Positions 59,760 to 64,000 of a DNA stretch of 64,000 nucleotides are shown in pieces. Each line of letters opens with the position of its first letter. The stretch's first letter is position 1. The notes below the pieces were generated by a model. The model was not told where the DNA came from, ran no database searches, and was given only the letters and a program-made list of their open reading frames with translations. Origin of the DNA: Alkalispirochaeta sp. GTDB taxonomy: Bacteria; Spirochaetota; Spirochaetia; DSM-27196; Alkalispirochaetaceae. Location: NCBI GenBank assembly GCA_965601925.1, contig OZ271854.1, forward strand, positions 4,832,001 through 4,896,000. The letters run 5' to 3'. Both the position numbers and the translations under genes were made by a program.

Positions 59760-60538
59760 AACGTGCGCTCCGCGTCCCACCCGTCGGCGTACGCGAGTAG
59801 CCGCTCCACCGTGGATGCATAGGCGTCGTCGTCCGGGACGCCGCTGTTTCCCGCCGGGTTGTCCAGAGCGTGAATGCGATCGCGCTCGAGGACGAGAATC
59901 TTGCGTCCGAGATACGCAGCCTCTCGTAGGGAGTGTGTGACGAAGATGCGGGTGTGAGGATTCTCGCGATGCAGATCGATGAGCGTCTCCTGAAGTCGTC
60001 GGCGCGTCGCGTGATCCAGCGAGGAAAACGGCTCGTCGAGTAACAGCAGGTCCGGGGCGAGCACGAAGGTTCGCGCCAGGGCGACGCGCTGCCGTTGGCC
60101 GCCGGAGAGCTCGCCGGGATGTCGATCAGCGAGGGCCGCGATGTCCAAACGTTCCATCCACGTCTCCACACGCCGCGCCGCCTCCGAACGCGACGGTGGC
60201 GACTCGGTAGGACTGTGCACGCCGTCCGGTCCGTACATACGACGGATACGAAATCCGAGCCCAACGTTGCCCCGGACGGTTAACCACGGGAGGAGGCCGT
60301 ACTCTTGAAAGACCAACCCGGTACCGGGCCGCGGACGACGAATCGTCTCGCCTTGTATGACGACCTCACCGGCCTGCGCCGTTTGCAAGCCCGCAAGGAG
60401 CGCCAGAAGGGTCGACTTTCCCGATCCGGACGGGCCCACGACGGCCCACGCCTCGCCGGAGGCGACCGACCAATCGAGATTCGAAAAGACCGCCGCGCCG
60501 TGGCGGTAGGTGAAGGTTACCGTATCGAAACGTACCAT
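59756..60538 (-). CDS. ABC importer ATP-binding subunit (SsuB/NitT-type)
   Basis: GPSGSGKST, FQEYGLLPW, LSGGQRQR, LLDEPFSSLD and VTHS motifs. Confidence 0.93.
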   Translation of the reverse strand: MVRFDTVTFTYRHGAAVFSNLDWSVASGEAWAVVGPSGSGKSTLLALLAGLQTAQAGEVVIQGETIRRPRPGTGLVFQEYGLLPWLTVRGNVGLGFRIRRMYGPDGVHSPTESPPSRSEAARRVETWMERLDIAALADRHPGELSGGQRQRVALARTFVLAPDLLLLDEPFSSLDHATRRRLQETLIDLHRENPHTRIFVTHSLREAAYLGRKILVLERDRIHALDNPAGNSGVPDDDAYASTVERLLAYADGWDAERTF

Positions 60539-60548
60539 ACCGCCGCCG

Positions 60549-61496
60549 CTACGGCTGCCGTACGGCCTCGGCAAAGGGAGGGACCTCCGTGAGGAGGCCC
60601 TTCTCCACGAGCCACGCCCCCGCATCGTCCCATTCCGAGCTCGTGGGTACCGAACGCTCCTCGAAACGCGCGAGTCGAAATCCGTCGCGGAGCGGGTCGG
60701 GAATGGGAATCGCCTCGAATATGAGTTCGGTATACGCATCCGGCCGCTCATTTAATCGTGCGGAGCCCTCGTACCAGGCGTCGAGAAAGGCGTCGAGCGC
60801 GAACGCATACTCACGCACGAAGGCGGCGGAGGCGATGAGCACGCTCTGTGAGTATCGGCTGTACTCGGCGTCGTTCGTGACCTCCACCGCCCCGGCGGCC
60901 AGAGCCGCTTGGGCAAGGGGATCGGGCAAGGTCGCAGCCTCCACTTGAGCGGCCATGAGCAGCTGAAACCGCTCGGGTATGACGGGAACGCTCGAGGTTA
61001 CGATATCGCCGACGGTCAATCCGTACGCGGTCAGAACACGATCGGTGACGTACTCGATGATGTTGTTCTTCGAGACTGCGATCGGAACGCCCGCCAAATC
61101 GGCCGGCGTGGAGAGCGCGGAGCCGGGGGGCGCGAGGATTCGAAACATCGGCTCATCGTCTCTGGGACGGCGGGCGGTGGCGATCACCATCACGCGATGA
61201 GTCTCGCGGTTGAAGAGCGCGGCGGACATGAGCTCACCGATGACAATATCCGCCTCGCCGGCCTGCAGAAGCTGGTCCCTATCGACCGAACTGTTTACCG
61301 GAAGATACTCCACCGTCACGCCGACCTCATCGAAGAGACCGTCGGCGAGGGCGACGTGAAACGGAAGCGTGTCGAGTACCGGAAGGAGTGCAACGCGAAT
61401 GGACGGCGCGACGCCGTCCGCCTCATCCTGCCCGCCGCCGGAGACGGAGAGCACGAGCGCGGTCAAAAGTCCAATGACAAGAAGCCGTCGATTCAT
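60549..61496 (-). CDS. ABC importer substrate-binding protein (SsuA/NMT1-like fold)
   Basis: Signal peptide then GGGQDE. LPVLDTLPFHVA..GLF..GV.V, DLAG..IAVS and LPDP motifs. Confidence 0.88.
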   Translation of the reverse strand: MNRRLLVIGLLTALVLSVSGGGQDEADGVAPSIRVALLPVLDTLPFHVALADGLFDEVGVTVEYLPVNSSVDRDQLLQAGEADIVIGELMSAALFNRETHRVMVIATARRPRDDEPMFRILAPPGSALSTPADLAGVPIAVSKNNIIEYVTDRVLTAYGLTVGDIVTSSVPVIPERFQLLMAAQVEAATLPDPLAQAALAAGAVEVTNDAEYSRYSQSVLIASAAFVREYAFALDAFLDAWYEGSARLNERPDAYTELIFEAIPIPDPLRDGFRLARFEERSVPTSSEWDDAGAWLVEKGLLTEVPPFAEAVRQP

Positions 61497-61921
61497 AGGG
61501 CCTAATGTACCAAGTCGCCGCGCCAATGTCGCGGGTCGCACATGTCGCTACGGTGAAGACGCAGCGAGACGCACCGATATCTCCCCATGAGGCTCGCGCA
61601 CACTGAGAACTGACGTCGGCTTCACGCCGCGGGCTACCGTAAGAGCACCGGTCCGGCGAAACGCGTCGGACGAGCCCCTCTACCCGTCGGCGACGGCAGG
61701 ACGTCTCTGTGAGTCGCAAAATGCCACTTTGTCGGGCCTCTCGCGACGGGGTTCTGCGTCGACATGACCCATCTACTTTGCACCTCCCCGGAACGATGTG
61801 TCAAAAAAACGCACCGACGGCGGAGTCCGGTCTCCGAGGCGCATCCACATCGATATTACTATGTAAAATATTATCCGATAATGACTTATATCAACCAAAA
61901 TTGCTCAATAGATCACTATAG

Positions 61922-61938
61922 TTGGCACACTTTATGCT
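61922..61938 (+). promoter_or_regulatory. Sigma54 (-24/-12) promoter of the hsp20 pair
   Basis: TTGGCACACTTTATGCT: TGGCAC core with exact GG-N10-GC spacing. Confidence 0.75.
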
Positions 61939-62007
61939 TAGAGATTACTAAAAACGGGCGCAGGGTCGTTGACCGACAGCCCTAAAACCTAACGTGAGGA
62001 GGACGCA

Positions 62008-62469
62008 ATGAATATCATCAGAAGGCGTCAAAACTCGTTTTGGGATCCGGTTGGTGAGCTTGATCGGATTCGTCGCGAAATCGACGATATGTTCGATCCG
62101 GCTGCCGGGCGGTTCTTCTCCGATGGTCTGTTCGACCGAGAGTTCTCACCCACGATGGATGTGGTAGAGAACAAAGACGGCTACCTCGTAATAGTCGACC
62201 TACCCGGCGTCGACAAGAAAGACCTCGAGATATCGGTAGCCGACAGCGTGCTTACGATCAAAGGCGAGAAGCGTATCTCGGGTAAGAAGGGCGAGGCGAA
62301 AGTCTATCGTAAGGAGAGTTGGGAGGGCAGCTTTCAGCGTACACTCTCGCTTCCCAACGGCGTCGAATCGGCCAAAATCGATGCGCGTATGCGCGACGGC
62401 GTCTTGGAAGTTTCGTTGCCGAAGCGCGAAGAGGCAAAACCGCGGCAGATTGCAGTGAGCATCAGGTAA
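62008..62469 (+). CDS. Hsp20/alpha-crystallin small heat-shock protein
   Basis: PTMDVVE, DLPGV, GSFQRTLSLP and DGVLEVSLPK motifs. Confidence 0.96.
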   Translation: MNIIRRRQNSFWDPVGELDRIRREIDDMFDPAAGRFFSDGLFDREFSPTMDVVENKDGYLVIVDLPGVDKKDLEISVADSVLTIKGEKRISGKKGEAKVYRKESWEGSFQRTLSLPNGVESAKIDARMRDGVLEVSLPKREEAKPRQIAVSIR

Positions 62470-62480
62470 GGAGGTGACCG

Positions 62481-62852
62481 ATGGCGACAAAGGATCTGAC
62501 GAAACAAGCGAATGGTAACGAGACCCGGACGGTTCGGCCCGTAGGTGACATCGTAGAAATGAACGGCGCGGTGATGCTTCGCTTGGAGATGCCGGGGGTG
62601 GGTAAAGACGCCCTGGAGGTCGACATCAACGGTGACACGCTCACGATCACGGGGCGCAGAAATCGCTATGCCGAAGATGTGAACTACCTGGTACACGAGC
62701 GGTACGACGCCGACTTTCGCTCGACGTATACGCTCGACGAACGCGTCGACCGCGACAAGGTTGAGGCCAGAATGGACAACGGCGTCTTGACGGTGACACT
62801 CCACCTCAAAGAAGAGGTGAAACCCCGTAAGATCGAAGTAAAAGTCGATTGA
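62481..62852 (+). CDS. Hsp20/alpha-crystallin small heat-shock protein (second copy)
   Basis: EMPGV, NGVLTVTL and KPRKIEV motifs. AAGGAGGT RBS. Confidence 0.94.
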   Translation: MATKDLTKQANGNETRTVRPVGDIVEMNGAVMLRLEMPGVGKDALEVDINGDTLTITGRRNRYAEDVNYLVHERYDADFRSTYTLDERVDRDKVEARMDNGVLTVTLHLKEEVKPRKIEVKVD

Positions 62853-62862
62853 CACGAGCATG

Positions 62863-62897
62863 CGGCGGCGGGCGTAGTGAGCGTGCGCCCGCCGCCG
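62863..62897 (+). terminator. GC-rich hairpin after the hsp20 pair
   Basis: CGGCGGCGGGCG/CGCCCGCCGCCG 12-bp stem. The U-tract is weak. Confidence 0.55.
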
Positions 62898-62965
62898 GTT
62901 CTATAATCCGACTACGGCACGAAGACAAGGGGACACCTTCGCGCCGGGTACGCCCCACGTATCTG

Positions 62966-63002
62966 TTGATGCACGCTCCTTATGTGGCTATTATAGCCAC
63001 AT
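62966..63002 (+). promoter_or_regulatory. Leaderless TA promoter with a palindromic operator
   Basis: TTGATG-17-TATTAT-6-ATG. ATGTGGCTAT-T-ATAGCCACAT (62982-63002) covers the -10 box and the start codon. Confidence 0.8.
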
Positions 63003-63300
63003 GAAAAAGTCCAGTATTAGCCATACGAAAAACGCTCTAAGCGCCTTATTGGAGGAAGTAAAGCGGGGCGAGACCATCGTGATTACCGACCGACGGAGGC
63101 CTATCGCTACGATAGAACGATATGCTCCCAACTTCGACGGCGTAGCGGCCGACATGGAAGACCTCGTGCGAAGCGGCGTAATAACACCGCCTCGCCGTTC
63201 TTTGGATGCAGAGGCATTTTTTTCATCTGAGAGTCCGCGTCTCCCCGACGGCGTAAGCGCTGCGAGCCTCATCGTCGCCGAACGTGAAGAGGGACGATGA
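63001..63300 (+). CDS. Phd/YefM-family antitoxin
   Basis: SISHTKNALSALLEEVKRGETIVITDRRRPIATI, ending in AEREEGR. ATGA overlap with the toxin gene. Confidence 0.92.
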   Translation: MKKSSISHTKNALSALLEEVKRGETIVITDRRRPIATIERYAPNFDGVAADMEDLVRSGVITPPRRSLDAEAFFSSESPRLPDGVSAASLIVAEREEGR

Positions 63301-63716
63301 GATACTGGGACTCCTCCGCGCTGGTCTCTCTCGTAGTCGAGGAACGAGCCAGCTCGGATCGTAGAACGCTATTGATCGACGATCCCAACGTCGTGACGTG
63401 GTGGGTATCCAAGGTCGAGTGTGCTTCGGCCCTAAACCGCCTCCATAGGGACGGAGCGTTGACACTCCCGGTGCTGCGCCACGTACTGGAACGCTTGGAG
63501 ACGCTGGCATCGAGCTGGGCCGAAGTGAATCCTTCGGAGGAACTCCGGCTTCGATCGCTACGCCTCTTGCGCGTACACGCTCTGCGGGGGGCCGACGCAC
63601 TGCAACTCGCCGCGGCCCTGACGGTCGTCCCACCGTCCGTTACCGCGTTCCCATTCGTATCGAGCGATGCGCGTCTGGCCGAGGCGGCGGAAAAGGAAGG
63701 GTTCGCCATACTGTAG
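63297..63716 (+). CDS. vapC: VapC-family PIN-domain toxin
   Basis: YWDSSALV, VECASAL, LRGADALQLAAA and SSDARLAEAA motifs. Confidence 0.93.
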   Translation: MRYWDSSALVSLVVEERASSDRRTLLIDDPNVVTWWVSKVECASALNRLHRDGALTLPVLRHVLERLETLASSWAEVNPSEELRLRSLRLLRVHALRGADALQLAAALTVVPPSVTAFPFVSSDARLAEAAEKEGFAIL

Positions 63717-63718
63717 CG

Positions 63719-64000
63719 CTATCCCGCGACGATGCGCCCTTCTCTCAGGAATGGAGTATCGTGGTGGCGCGGCGATCCGTCGGGATCGGTTATGAGTTCC
63801 GCCGAATACTGGAGCAGATAGACACGGCGCATGCGGTCGGTCGTGTTGGGGCCCGAGCGATGTAGCGTGTGGCTGGAGAAGGCGACGAGCGTGCCGGCCG
63901 CCACCTCTACCGGATCGCCGGGGTCGTCGCCGGTGTAGCCCACCATGTCGTTGGTACCCTCTTCGCGCACGTGTTCGATCAGGTCGCGAGTGCCCGCACG
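63719..64000 (-). CDS. Phytanoyl-CoA dioxygenase (PhyH)-family protein, 3' part
   Basis: V.AGTLVAFSSHTLHRSGPNTTDRMRRVYLLQY, the C-terminal 2OG-Fe(II) motif. The frame is open to the window edge. Confidence 0.8.
   Translation of the reverse strand, partial: RAGTRDLIEHVREEGTNDMVGYTGDDPGDPVEVAAGTLVAFSSHTLHRSGPNTTDRMRRVYLLQYSAELITDPDGSPRHHDTPFLREGRIVAG

Noticed and set aside
61500..61710. Riboswitch upstream of the ABC-menG-menA operon
   Set aside because: No TPP, cobalamin, SAM or FMN core was recognisable, and a -10 box 7 nt before the ATG leaves no room for a leader.
61922..61951. CIRCE (HrcA) element before hsp20
   Set aside because: TTGGCACAC resembles the left arm, but the right arm and spacing do not fit TTAGCACTC-N9-GAGTGCTAA. 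The sigma54 pattern fits exactly.

Overview
GC-rich chromosomal window, most likely from a free-living spirochaete (Spirochaetales). The inference rests on the rpoZ-miaA-bS22 and cdaA-cdaR-acpS-DUF2225-truA-UDG-priA-def-fmt-PASTA gene orders and on 'GGxxE'-type secreted proteins. Most of the window is housekeeping: xylA (partial, missed by the ORF track), hisS, hrpA, aroB, hisHF, ileS, topA, ackA, coaX and cysS. It also has signalling genes (MCP, hybrid kinase-cheR-REC/HK), two HtrA-family proteases (one frameshifted), a sigma54-type hsp20 pair and a vapBC-type toxin-antitoxin (TA) pair. No CRISPR array, transposase, integrase, tRNA or rRNA was found. Most notable: (1) a translationally coupled ABC importer-menG-menA operon, a candidate menaquinone-precursor (DHNA) salvage system; (2) a 37-bp tandem array of terminator-like hairpins between an unannotated 31-aa bS22 gene and cdaA; (3) ten genes with a -10 box 6-7 nt before the ATG, suggesting leaderless transcripts; (4) two small ORFs coupled at both ends, a 45-aa hisH N-terminal remnant and a 34-aa ORF in the usual cheB position; (5) readable regulatory sites: a sigma54 promoter with paired enhancer-like palindromes, 11-bp-period repeats before degP, and MarR and TA operators.
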